From contig NC_134026.1 of the NCBI RefSeq assembly GCF_964204645.1, positions 28,740,150 through 28,804,149 of the forward strand: 64,000 nucleotides of DNA. Reading direction: 5' to 3'. Positions 1 through 12,441 of the stretch are shown in pieces (the first letter of the stretch is position 1; each line of letters opens with the position of its first letter). Source of the stretch: Tubulanus polymorphus (Eukaryota; Animalia; Nemertea). The notes beneath the pieces were generated by a model, which was not told where the DNA came from, searched no databases, and was given only the letters and a program-made list of their open reading frames with translations. The translations under genes were made by a program, and so were the position numbers.

Positions 1-2946
1 ACCAGGTAATAATATCATGCCATGAATCGGATGTCATCAGTAGATAATAGAATATTCATTATTTTTGGCACATACTTGTTCTAAGCCATACATTATCGGT
101 TTGTCGTGACACGGCCTGATCTGATAAACTGCACACCGATTGCTTTCGTTGAACTACTTTTACTTAAAATAAATAAAACTAGAACATTCATCACTCACTG
201 ATGTTTTTACAAGCTGTCGATAATAAATGGGTTAAATTGAATTCTATGAATAATTCATAGAATTTATGTTTAACAAAAAAGAATTCAATCCTACCATTAT
301 TCCTGTTTGGAGTTAGAACCTGAGTTTTGATTGCAGAATAAACCAATTTTCCATCGATAGCAGTATTCTTACACGAATAAGAACTCTGTGGCGATTTGTT
401 CATTGTGATTGAAGGTTTCTTCAACGAATGAAAAGTTTGTGGTGATTGTTTTATCACAATACCGCTTGTCTTATTCACTGCATTAGCACCTGGAGACGTC
501 ATAGAAAATTTCCGTAATTGTTCAACGATATTTTTAGATTTTTCCGATAGATTTGGAGATATAGATTTCTTCGAGTTCGAAATGTTTTCACTGTTTTTAT
601 CCGATTTTGGCGTAACATAGTCTTCACTTTGCTTTCTAGCCGGTTTCGTTCCGAGAAAAGATCGACCTAGCGGTTTAGGTTGTTTGTCTCTTTTACTGAG
701 AATACCTGGTAAATCCTCAGTAACTGAATTCAATGGTTCACCTTTCTCTGAAGATTCTGAAATATCATTTTAAGTAATTACATTCAAATCTGAAGATAAT
801 TTGAATTTATAAGCATTCTACTTAACTAACCTTTCGGTTTTGATATGAATTCACCATTATCATCAAATGAATTTTCAAGAAATCCTTGCCCCGCAGCGAA
901 GAAATATTTCTTTTCTTCTTTTGTCAACTTTCGTTTTATTTGTTTTTCCAGTTTGTGTCTCAGGTCGGCCATTGTTATCGTATTCAGATCTAGCATAGAA
1001 GGATCCAATTTCTTAAAGAAGTTTGTAATTCTATCCTCAAACTGTAATGAATAATTTCAAAATTCATTAATCCAACAATGATTGCAATTCTATATTAATG
1101 ATTAAGAGAGCATTTCATGTATAGCCCACGTACTTCCGATTCCGATGCAGTTCTTTCATTTGGTTCCGGTGCATTTTGCTCAGAAAATTCATTTTTCTTG
1201 TTCAACCTGAATACAGAAACTGAACTAGCTAGATTCATGGCATGTTTTGCGGTCATTTTTGTAAAATTTGATAAAATTTGCAAACAGTTCATTTCTATAG
1301 CGGCCGGGTCTGTTGTGGTAAAATTGATCACGATTTAAAAAAAAGTAATGTATAGGGTAGATAGGCGGCCGGCCGGGTCAACATTTAAGCTCAGCAGAGT
1401 GGAGAAACAAGGTATCAATTTTTTTTAGCCTTACTTTCGACAGTTTCAAACTTTACTTACAATTTATTTTTGAACTTTAAGATATCATTTTTTGAGTTTG
1501 ATAATGTCGACGACAGGGGAAATTTTTGTTTAGCAGCCTCGGGCGTGAGAGACTTTTTCTGAAAAAGAAGCATTTAAAATCAGAAGTCTGCTTAAAGTGT
1601 TTATTTTTTGTTTAGAATGCTGTTTATAGAGATTACCTCCTGTTCTGTAAGACGTAGTGTTTTCACAGCAATCATTGATAAACCAAACTGTTTATCTTTA
1701 GTAAATGGTTGTTTACAAACTATTTTCAAACGATCCCATTGTTGACCTTTACTATCGGCATCAAAATCACCTATAATTGATGAATACATGAAAACACTAA
1801 AACATAAATTGATATTATGTCAAAAAGCTTAAGTACGATCAACTGACTTTCATTAAACATTCGAATGCTGTTCGTATTCTTCCATGATTTTGAATCCATC
1901 AGCGTCATGAATGTATTTGCCGGCAATAGACAAACATAAGGTCTATTCTGAGGCCACGAGGATCTGCCAACTGAAACCTCTATGAAAGCACAACCGTGGT
2001 TTCCTGTGAAAAGAATTACCGGGGTATATAAGAATTGACGCTTATTCAGACCGTCGAACCTATCAATTACCACATCAGGGACAAAAAGTAAATTTTCAGG
2101 GTGACAAAATGAACAATTAAAAACAATTTTTAGAGGGACAGTAGAAATTGTTTAAGCAGAGACAGAATTTCAATAGCATCAAAAAAACACCCTCCAGGGA
2201 CAGTGAGGCATTTTCAGGGACAGTTGGCAGTTGACAGTTTTCATATGTCTTACATGAAAAATGAATATTTTCACTGTCACTGACTACAACATTTAAAACT
2301 GAAACATCTTAAATATAAATCTTTCATGAAATCTAGACCAGATAACAAAAATTAGCCCAATCTACAAACCTATATCCAAGTAACAAATTTTACAGACTCG
2401 CTGTAACTGAAGGATTATTTCATGGGATCCCAGTGATTTTTCACTTGCGGAACACAACCACGGTTTTCTCTTGTCAATTACTGATGTAAGGAGATTTTCT
2501 GCTTTCAATTTAGGGTCCTGAAAAAAATCGATATGCCTAACGTATTACAGCAGTATTACACAATTAATTGAGTTGACTATCAATCATTGACATTATCAAT
2601 GATGAGAATTGAGATGTTCGTTCTGTTGTTCATGGTTTGTTAATGTTGATTTTAGTCGGGCATTGCAGTCCACAGGGACTTGTCACAATTGATAGTGAAT
2701 GAATAAAACCAATATCAATGACCAGGTCCACTATCCCTGTATAATATAAATTAATATTAATTATTTTATTATACAGTTGCAGGGATACTGCCTACTGCCT
2801 GGTACCCCCGACATTGGTCTCATCCATTATCAGTCGTGACAAGTCCCTGTGTTGCAGTCTTAAGATTATGTGACATTTATTGTAATTGATTAGATGTTTA
2901 CCTCTGATGAAAATGATACAACGTAGTCGATAGATACAGATGTCAT
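1..2946 (-). CDS. XNDC1N: XRCC1 N-terminal-domain protein (XNDC1N-like), multi-exon, 3' end beyond window start
   Basis: Exon 2946-2902 reads MTSVSIDYVVSFSSE, then DPKLKAENLL...PWLC...LQLQRVCKICYLDIG, GNHGCAFIEVSVGRSSWPQNRPYVCLLPANTFMTLMDSK...IRMF and WDRLKIVCKQPFTKDKQFGLS. This matches recalled XNDC1N motifs (VVSFSS-DPK, SSWP.RP, WDRL.L.C..PF). Downstream are S/K-rich low-complexity exons. Introns are GT-AG. Confidence 0.8.
2671..2851. mobile_element. Non-autonomous DNA transposon (MITE), CACAG termini, P-superfamily-like
   Basis: ~30-bp imperfect TIRs (cacagggacttgtcac.../...gtgacaagtccctgtg) with an exact 8-bp TSD ttgcagtc at 2663-2670 and 2852-2859. Lies in XNDC1N intron 1. Confidence 0.85.
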
Positions 2947-3509
2947 ACTGATTTTATTTGGGATGAAGAGAAGTAATCCACCCGAATTAAATGCCGAGCA
3001 TTTGGAAATTGGCGCCACTTCCGGTCCCACCCGGGTACGTTTTATTGAAGCCGAATCATAAACATTTATTTAAAAAAACTGCTCGCGGGTCGGAGGTAAG
3101 GGGCCGGAGATTTTCCTCATCTTCTAAATTTTATTTAGTTGAGTGGCATGCAGTTGGTTGTTATTACATTTAGCTGGGCAACCAAAGGAAAACTGCGGAT
3201 TCGAACCCCATCCGCGGACGTCTTATCAGTGTTGCACCATAAGCACTGTTCGCGCTACAGTAGATATTGCCTGGTGACGAGAGCCACTGTTGCATCATCA
3301 ACTACGTGATCAAAACTTTCATGACGTCATTACAGAGTTCAGGTGTACCTTAGAATTAGTTACGGCTCCACACGATGAATGGCGCTAGCAGTCTGATTAG
3401 AAAAGTAACAACTTCATCGTAATTATAGCTGATTTAACTACCAATTAGTCCTGTGTATCCCCCTATGGTGTTTTCCAAGACGTTCATCGTATAAGGAGAG
3501 ATAACGAGG
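2947..3509. promoter_or_regulatory. Divergent promoter region XNDC1N / LZTR1
   Basis: Head-to-head ATGs at 2946 and 3510. Contains ETS-like cacttccgg (3016-3024), palindromic CRE tgacgtca (3322-3329) and a reverse B-box ggattcgaacc (3197-3207). Confidence 0.6.
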
Positions 3510-6500
3510 ATGGCTATCGCGAGGCCACCGGGCTTAGACATTGATCATAATTGGCCGGAGAGTGCTGAATGTCTTACTTTGGATTTTGGACCATTTGAAA
3601 CTGTCCATCGATGGAAACGAATGCCAGAATGTGATGAATTTGTTGGTGCCAGGTGAATGTACTTTGATTATCTCATGGATGGTATTTGATAAGTATTTTA
3701 TTGTCTGTTTAATAATGATTGACGGCATTTGATTAATTTCAGACGAAGTAAACACACAGTTGTAGCTTATAAAGAAGCTATTTATGTTTTCGGAGGCGAC
3801 AATGGGTAAAGTATTAAAAGGCTTAGATTGAATGACTATATGCGGCATTTCTTTTAAAATCTGATTTTTACTTTCAGTAAACAAATGTTGAATGATTTAT
3901 TACGATTTGATGTCAAAGATAAATCGTGGGGTCGGTGAGTAAAAAGATTAAATACTGGTGCGCTACTGTACTTTAACTGCGGTACTACTTCTTTATTACA
4001 TCTATTCGTTATATTGTTAGAGCATTTACTACTGGACCCCCGCCAGCTCCTAGATATCACCATTCCGCAGTTGTACATGAAGGAAGCATGTTTGTTTTTG
4101 GTACGAATGTGATTGATTTTTTGAGTAATGATTGATTCGATGAAAATACTTCATACATCAGTTGAATATCGTATTACAGGTGGTTATACCGGTGACATTC
4201 ACTCAAATTCAAATCTAACGAATAAAAATGATTTGTATGAATATAAATTCGCTACTGGTCAGTGGGTCGAATGGAAATTTGAAGGGAGGTGAGTAAAGTG
4301 CTGCGCTGTAATAAAAGGCAAAGAGCAAGAATATTTATTGATCCTGAAAAATGAGGCTTTAAAATTGTAGGATGCCAGTTGCTCGTTCAGCTCATGGTGC
4401 TGCTGTTTATGATGGGAAACTCTGGATATTTGCTGGCTATGATGGAAATGCTAGACTCAATGATCTATGGACTATTTCATTGATCGGAGGCTCGAGGCAT
4501 TGGGAAGAGGTATATAAAGTCAACCTTGATATACTGCAGTGATTTAGAATTCTGCCGTTATACTGAGGGTTAATTTGTTCCAAGACAATGTACGTACTGG
4601 GCTATACAGCGGCGCCAGTTGCCCCCCCCTGTTTCGAGTTCCTCTGCCCCCCCATTCGAATGCTAGGTATGGCGCTGAGATACCTATGATTTTTTCTTGC
4701 CCTTGCGTTAGGTGGGTGTTGGTGTTTGTCACAGGGGTTGACTGTTGACATATCCTGTTTTGAATCACCAGAGATCATTCTCAAAATAATAAGTAATCAA
4801 TGAAATTTTCAGGTAAATCAAAGAGGAGATATTCCACCGTCGTCATGTAATTTCGCTCTGTGCGTAGCGAGGGATAGTATGTTCGTGTTTTCAGGGCAAA
4901 GTGGCGCGAAAATCACCAATGATCTCTTCCAATTCAGCTTCAATGAAAAAGTGTAAGTTTCTCTCTCAACAGTTATCAGCTGCATATCGAATATACTTGT
5001 CATTGATGAATTGAATTGTTTAATTTCAGGTGGACTAGAATCTCAACTGAACACATATTACGAGGGGCTCCTTTACCACCAGAAAAAAGATACGGTCACA
5101 CTATGGTATCACATGACAGACATCTTTATGTATTCGGTGGTGCTACAGGGCAAACTTTACCAAATGATCTACACTGGTACGTTCAAACGGTTTAGAGCCA
5201 GTTGCTTAAAAAGATAAATACTATAGTAACACTGAAGTTTTAATTGTCAACCATCCACAGGTTAACTCTAACCAACTTTTAAGCAACTGGGTCGCGATGA
5301 TGATGTCTAGTTTGATGTTATGGAATTTTAACTAATAATTTTCTTGTTGATATTCAGTTATGATTTGGATTCTCAAACGTGGTCTGTAATTGAGGCGTCT
5401 AATGATAGTCAGATCGCTAATGGTAGATTATTCCACGCTGCTGCTGTTGTTGGTGATGCTATGTTTATATTTGGTGGCACTGTTGATAATATAGTTCGCA
5501 GTGGAGAAATGTTTCGATTTCAGGTTTAGTATTTTCTACATTGAGTATTTCTAAAGCCAGTTTATTTTAATGAGTTTGACATAATGTGTCCTTTTCATTA
5601 CAGTTTTCTAGTTATCCTAAATGTACTCTACACGATGATTATGGAAGACTTTTGGAAAGTCGACTGTTCTGTGACATAGCTTTTATCGTTGGCCCGGTAT
5701 GTACTACTGTTACCAATCAACTGAAATTATGTTAATACAGCCATCGCGTAATATTTACTTGTATTTATGTTTGTATTTCAGAATCGTGTGCAAGTACCTG
5801 CTCATACTGCATTAGTTGCTGCTAGATCTACTTGGTTGAGATGTAAAATAAGACAAGCTAAAGAACAGGTAATTATTACTGGGCGTTGTGATGTTTTGCT
5901 AACCTTTCATTTTAAGGTAAAGTTTATTTCATATCATTCAGCTGGCGTACATATTAGAACAGAAATTTGAAGACGAAAGACAAGGTGATAATAATGCTCG
6001 TGTAACTCTTCAAAACTCTAATCTAGAAGTTTATCTTCCTGACGCTTGTCCAAAAGCTTTCGAAATGGTGCTGTCTTATATATATACAGATCGAATAAAT
6101 CCTTGTCAGAAAGGTATTTTTGCATTTCAGTTCAGTGTAAGACCTATTGATTTACAGTATTTATTGAATGATTTTCTCTGTTTCAACAGGTCAAGAGCCG
6201 TACAGCAATGAAGTAATTTTACTAATGATGGACGTTTATAGATTGTCGTTACAATTCCAAATGTCTCGATTAGAACAGCTCTGTATTCAGTATCTTCAGG
6301 CTTGTATCGGACATAAAAATGTTTTAGTAGCGTTACAGAACGCTGCTCAACTGCAACTGGAATATTTAAAGGTTTGAAATCTTGCGTGAACTGTCTGATC
6401 TTAGTTTATGACATTTTCGTAAAAAATTAGATGGATATATTCGTATTTTGTAGGATTATTGCTTGAGGTTTATTGTGAAAGAGAGTAATTATAGTCAGAT

Positions 6501-7826
6501 TGTGATGAGTAAGGATTTCGAGACTCTTGATCAGCCGTTAATGGTAGAAATAATCCGACGAAAACAACTGCTCACAGTGAGACCATTACCGGAACCCCAT
6601 ACTGATTACATTTCATGTACGTTCACTGCTTATTCAATGCAACAAGTATCATTCTTGTATTACAATGTTCTGAATATATTCATATATTTTTCAGGTAATT
6701 CGTTAGAGAAAGATATGGAAGCATTTCTGAAAGGAGTTGGACAGGAGTTCTGTGATATAACTTTAATGTTAGATAATACGCCGATAATGGCCCATAAAGC
6801 AGTGTTAGCGGCTCGTAGTAGTTATTTTGAAGCTATGTTCCGTTCTTTCATGCCTGAGGATAACATCGTCTGCAAGGTATTTGGCCAAATCAGATGAATT
6901 TCTTTAAGTGAATTCCAGATGTGTTTCCAAGGGTACATGTATGAACCGTTTACCCAATACCATCTAGAGAATTTTGCCTTTGAAATAGTGGTTCATTCTT
7001 ATTGACTCTTGATAGCTTCCAGAGGAGCCCTCTAATGCTCTAAAATGGTCCTGTCATCTTAAAGCCTTCGTTTTGGCTTCACATGTTTTATTCTTAGCTA
7101 GGATAATGGAGAGTGCCCTCAATTCTTCTTCTGATACTGTCTGACCCTGCATTCATCTCTATGTGCTGTATGAACTAATGATTTTGTGGTTGTTTTTATA
7201 GATTGCAATTGGTGAAATGGTTCCCAGTCAGCAAGCATTTGATAGTTTATTGCGCTATATTTATTACGGCGATATTACGATGCCTCCGGAAGATTCGCTG
7301 TATTTGTTCCCAGCACCTTATTTCTACGCTTTTACGAACAACAGACTGCAGGCCTACTGTAAACACAATCTGGAGATGAATGTATCGACTGATAATGTCA
7401 TTCATGTGAGTTTTCCAATTTTTTATCTAGGATAAGATGTTGATGATATTTGACTGAGATTTGAACATGGAAGTCTTCATGTTCTACTCGAAGTTAACAT
7501 TCGATATTTTTTGTATTATTATAGATTTTAGAAGCAGCAGATAAGATCCAAGCTTTAGATATGAAGAAACATGCTCTCAACATTATCGTCCATCACTTTC
7601 CAAAGGTAATTCCTATTTAATTGATTTTACAAAAATCACATTCTCTATCATAAATGGAAAAATCATTTTATTATACTATTTTCAGATTGCAAGATTACCC
7701 CAGATCAAAAGATTAAATCGAGATTTATTGTTGGATGTATTGATGGCTATTGCTGAGGAGATGAGTGAATCTCGCTTATGTCAGGATATTTCTTCTGTTT
7801 CTCTTAATCTGATGGACAGTAGCTAA
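3510..7826 (+). CDS. LZTR1: Leucine-zipper-like transcriptional regulator 1 (Kelch repeats plus two BTB-BACK), multi-exon
   Basis: N-terminal [27 protein letters not shown]; Kelch exons ([45 protein letters not shown]); BTB segments (FCDITLMLD...[24 protein letters not shown]; [21 protein letters not shown]). Stop TAA at 7824-7826, AATAAA at 8041. Confidence 0.95.
4598..4676. mobile_element. Truncated copy of the 21695-21853 MITE family
   Basis: Reverse complement tacctagcattcgaat-gggggggcagaggaac aligns with tacctagcatttgaattttggggggtagagaaac at 21703. Lies in an LZTR1 intron. Confidence 0.5.
5198..5290. mobile_element. Short inverted-repeat element (MITE-like)
   Basis: Perfect 14-bp inverted repeat ccagttgcttaaaa (5198-5211) / ttttaagcaactgg (5277-5290) in an LZTR1 intron. 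Confidence 0.6.
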
Positions 7827-8672
7827 TGAATGTCTATCATGCGATGCTCCATTTTAATGGAAATTATACCCGGTATTCTATTTTCTGATAGACGTGCAAT
7901 ATAATTTGTATAATTTATGTTTGTATCTTAAGTGTCATTCCTTGTCTATATGTATATTTCTCTCTGGGACACTCAATTACTTTATGAAAAAACAATTCAT
8001 TTGTTACTTTGTTTCTTTAATTGTAAACTCAAATAATGTAAATAAATCAATATATAGCGAATTGAAGTGTTAATTGATTTCAATATTCGTGTATATTATC
8101 CTATGTGAGCTTGGTGGCAGAGTGTCCGACTGTAAGTCTGCAACGAAAAATATATTATTTCTATCAAAAAGGGCTGGAAAACCACTTGAAAATCAGATTT
8201 CCCTTAAATAAGGCTTTTGCACTCGTGTTTATAATGATCTATTTAAAACGAACTAAAGAAAATTTAATCTCTATCCCTCGCATGCCGCAGTAAAATAGCG
8301 AGGCATCAGCCGTTCAGTGCTGCCCCTATGAATCACAATAGCGGAATTTCTTTGCACTAAAATAATAGCTAGACTAGTTGCCTGTCCCATTATAGAGGCC
8401 GGTAACTAGTCTAAAATACTAGTCTGGAACCACTTCGTGATGAACGGTATACGCAACATGGATGATGATATAATCCCTAACAGTTGTTAAAATATAATAT
8501 TATAAGATGACTTTTTAAGATATGAATAATTGAAACGTCGAATGAATTATTGGGTCAGGGGAACATTAGGCGCTCTTAGTATGTAATCCGAGTCACTCCG
8601 CGATGGTTTGACGGGGTGTAGCAGTCGAAAACCTGCGTTAGTGAATCAGATCATTTTTGAGTTCGGTCTATT

Positions 8673-9491
8673 AATACTTTCGTTTTGCAGACCAAATGGG
8701 AGGCACTCGGGGTATATCGAAAGAGTATCGCTTCAGTTGATGATGATGGATTCACAGCTGAAGGACAATGCGGAGGTGACTGCGGATATTGCCAACCGAT
8801 CGGAAACATAACTCTGAGTATTTAACTTAAACATAAAGGGAAGCAAGCCAACGACATTGTTCGATATCAAACATATGTATGTAATGTTGTTCAAATTAAT
8901 GTAATGGCAAAAATATGTCTGAATAAATTATTCTAATCATAAACACTGAAAGATGAATTCTTAGTCATTTTCAATATGTCAAAAACGGAGGGTCTAAATG
9001 GAAAACCAAAGCTAAAACATGCTCTGTTTGTAACCAGAATAAACGCGTTCTTGCTTCAAGCATGAGTCCATAGCCACGACCACACGGGCGTTATTGGCCC
9101 GGGAAATTGTTCACACAGTTGTCAAATGGGCCCGTGTCTGGTTGGCCCGACCAAAAAACGTTAAGTATCAGGTAAGTGGTTTTCGTGTGAACGCGCTCTC
9201 TAATTAGGCACGGATCAAGGGCCTGATCCATGCCAATTTGAGCCGGGCCACATCGTCTCTGTGTGATCGCGGCAATTTTCTAGGTGAGGAACCCAGACCC
9301 CCGATACGCCTATTCCACCCACGGTGCTCGCATGGCGTCGGCTTTGGTGCAGTATCTATAGTTGCGACCCGTTATAACAAATCTTACACCCCGTTCCCTC
9401 TCCTGATGTCGAACTGGTCAGTGCAAAGACGATGTGTTTAATATCAAACTTAAATCTTCAATTTTGCCTCACGTGTATAATTGTTATCCAT
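8673..9491 (+). repeat. Direct segmental duplicate (copy A) of 11150-11973
   Basis: Long near-identical blocks shared with 11150-11973, e.g. gaaggacaatgcggaggtgactgcggatattgccaaccgat and gtgctcgcatggcgtcggctttggtgcagtatctatagttgcgacccgttataacaaatcttacaccccgtt. Copy-specific indels are present. Confidence 0.95.
8691..8825 (+). pseudogene. Orphan paralogous terminal exon of the GON-domain gene
   Basis: Intact acceptor (tttcgttttgcag) followed by 45 codons TKWEALGVYRKSIASVDDDGFTAEGQCGGDCGYCQPIGNITLSI*, paralogous to 11168-11302. No upstream exons are visible between the LZTR1 polyA signal and this exon. Confidence 0.75.
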
Positions 9492-9983
9492 AAATCAATC
9501 ATGTTTTTTGAGTTGATAAATTAAAGCAATATTTCCATCAATATTCACAATTCGGTAGTCAATGAATATTCTAGGATACTTAATTTCTGATAGAAGGGTT
9601 CTACAAAAAAAGACAGGCGCTGAAATTATGCCAATTAGGTATTAAATGGACATCACGAGCTGTTTTTTAAAACATTTTCCCTTTTCGAGAGACACTCCAC
9701 AAACCGAAAATCACATCTGGTGATGCACGCCTCGCATATGGTGTTATTTTCAAGAACCCTGTATGGAATGTATAAAATCTAAGACTGCTAGTAGAATTCA
9801 CACATTCCTGCGGGAACTGAAGAACGTAGTTAACGTGATTAAGGTAGGTAATGCATTTTCGGGATGACTTCTAAGTAATTCATTGCTGTGTGTGAATGAT
9901 GTAAATTATTTTTCGTGTTACTTGATTCGCAGGCCGCCTTGTTTTTGACCCATTCATCCCGTTGCTCATTTCATTGCAATTTA

Positions 9984-11302
9984 ATGAAAATGAATCTAAT
10001 ATTTGTGACGCTCCTGGTTTTCGCTACTAGCGGAGGTAAAATCAAGTATTTAAATTCAAAACTAATTAATTTCGTGTTCTACGGAAGCGCCTTCGGGATA
10101 GATAAGAAAATACTTTCGGAATTAATTATGTTATAATCTCGAAATTGAACCGGAAAAGATTTTTCTTGAATGTTGAATATTTTATTCTGATGCCCCGAAT
10201 ATTCAGAAAACCTTTTCATTTAATGTAAAATAATTTATGCCGGGTTACATGTACGAGAGATGAAAATTTCATATTTTTTTAGATCTAACAAAAAACATTT
10301 TAGTGATCGTATCCTAGATACAGTCCCCAGACGCTTCCGTACTTCTGCTAGTTCTTATACTTTGCGGTAATTTGCAAATATATTTTTTTCTTTTAATAAG
10401 AGAATCAAACTTCCTTGTTTTAGCATGGTGTTGCTCTCTTCCTAAAACATGTATCGAAGCCGGAGCCCATGAAGCGGCCACTCCGGGTACTTACACACTG
10501 TATCTAGGACCGAACGATACACCAGTTGACATCTACTGCGATAAATGTAAAGAATACGTCACCCTACTAGCGAGCAACTACGGTGACAACAGATGTGATA
10601 AGAACTGGCCTCAGTGTGGTCGAACAGACTGGCAAAAGATCCGTTTAGACCCAAGGGTTCGTATGCAGGGGATCTCAGCTGAATTCTGCAGCATCTTTCA
10701 ATTATTCCTAACATTTCTTCATTTTTTGTTTAAAAGAATTTGAATGTAATAGGAAACGATTATACATTTGCTACATCTGACAAAGTAGCAGTTCCATATG
10801 GTCAGGGCGGTGGCTGTCCCGGAAGCAGCGCCACATCTGGAGGATTCAGATTAGATTTGACTGGGACTGGTTTCACTTTCGATACTAAGAACGTAAGTTT
10901 CAACCCAAGATTTTATAAATTCGAAGATTCCAGGATACCCAAGATGGCGCCGGCCAGAGCTTTAAGTAAAAAGTTAAAAACTAACGAAAATGGGTAAATA
11001 CAAGTTCATCGCGTTTTTCTGCTGCATGCGCCTTATAATCAGACTTTTGGTCTTATCGACTCGGGTGCACTCATTGCGAAATTAGCGACGGTGTCGTATC
11101 CCGGTAAAGTGACTAAATAATTTTTTGAGTACCGTATATATATGTTCGAAATACTTTCGTTTTGCAGACCAAATGGGAGGCAGCTGGATATTTCCCAAAG
11201 AGTGTGGCCTCAGTTGCGGGTGATGGGCTCACAGCAGAAGGACAATGCGGAGGTGACTGCGGATATTGCCAACCGATTGGAAACATTACTCTGAGTATAT
11301 AA
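9984..11302 (+). CDS. Secreted stand-alone GON-domain protein (ADAMTS9/20/GON-1 C-terminal module), ~190 aa
   Basis: Exons 9984-10035 (signal peptide MKMNLIFVTLLVFATSG), 10424-10656 (LPKTC...GTYTLYL...VDIYC...KEYVTL...NY...GRTDWQKIRLDP), 10737-10892 (VIGNDYTFA...VPYGQGGGC...GGFRLDLTGTGF) and 11168-11302 (W...GQCGGDCGYCQP). Phases are consistent and these are typical GON motifs. Confidence 0.85.
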
Positions 11303-11973
11303 AGGGAAGCCAACAAAATTGATGTTCTATACATGTATAAAACATATATCATGTATATTGTTCAAATCAATGTAATGGCAAAAATGTCCGAATAAATCAT
11401 TCTAATCAGAAACACTGAAAGATGAATTCTTGTTCATTTTCAATATGTCAAAAACGGAGGGTTTAGATAGAAAACCAAAGCTAAAACATGCTCTGTTTGT
11501 AACTAGAACGCGTTCTTGCTACAAGCATGAGTCCATAGCCACGATCACACGGGCGTTATTGGCCCGGGAAAATGTTCACACAGGTTTGAAATGGGCCCGT
11601 GCCTGGTTGGCCCGACCAAAAACCCGAGCCAGATGCTAGCACGGGACGAATGACTGTCTTTGAATTGTAACTGGTTCCAGAAATGGTTCACTTCGCTTTG
11701 AACATTGTTTAATATCGATTAAGTGGTTTGCGTGTCAATTTTCTAGGTGAGGAACCCATACCCCGATACACCTATCGCAGCCACCCACAGTGCTCGCATG
11801 GCGTCGGCTTTGGTGCAGTATCTATAGTTGCGACCCGTTATAACAAATCTTACACCCCGTTCTCGCTCCTGATGTCAAACTAGTCAGTGCAACGACGATA
11901 TTTTTAATATTAAACCTAGATTAACTAGATCTGATATCTTAACTTTTGCTTCGCGTATATAATTGTTATCCAT
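11150..11973 (+). repeat. Direct segmental duplicate (copy B) containing the GON last exon, 3'UTR and flank
   Basis: Aligns with 8673-9491. Confidence 0.95.
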
Positions 11974-12441
11974 GATGTCAACTTTTCAAGTGACAACTCA
12001 ATTATCAAGACAAAGCTGAACTATATTCGATTAGGGCCTTAATAAATCAGTGTTTTATGAACGATTGACATGAACATGTCGTTTTATCCCCACAACAATA
12101 ATTATACCTTAATGACAGGTATTTATGTCCTTGAGGAAGTGCATCAGTCATTTACAAAAACATGACCTGTATCTCAAAAAAAGTCTCCAATATAAAAACA
12201 TTAAAACCAGAGATAAAAACACAAAGTCAAACTGGAAAGCTTATGATTAACTAAACAGTCATTGATTTAATTTTCATCAACTTTATTTTACAAGATAACT
12301 AGAGTTTTGCCACCTTTGCTCAGACATGATCATCTTTACCATTTACAACTTTTTTTTTAATTTGGCTCTACAGAGCTTGGAATATTTCGTAATATGGTAT
12401 CGGTATGACTATTAAGTCTCCCTCAAGTGCATGACTATTTT

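Noticed and set aside
1-2946. Calling the first gene XRCC1
   Set aside because: The motifs (SSWP.RP, VVSFSS-DPK) fit the XNDC1N paralog better, and no BRCT domain is visible.
8370-8413. 13-bp inverted repeat tagactagttgcc / ggtaactagtcta
   Set aside because: Too short, with no TSD; cannot be assigned a function or family.
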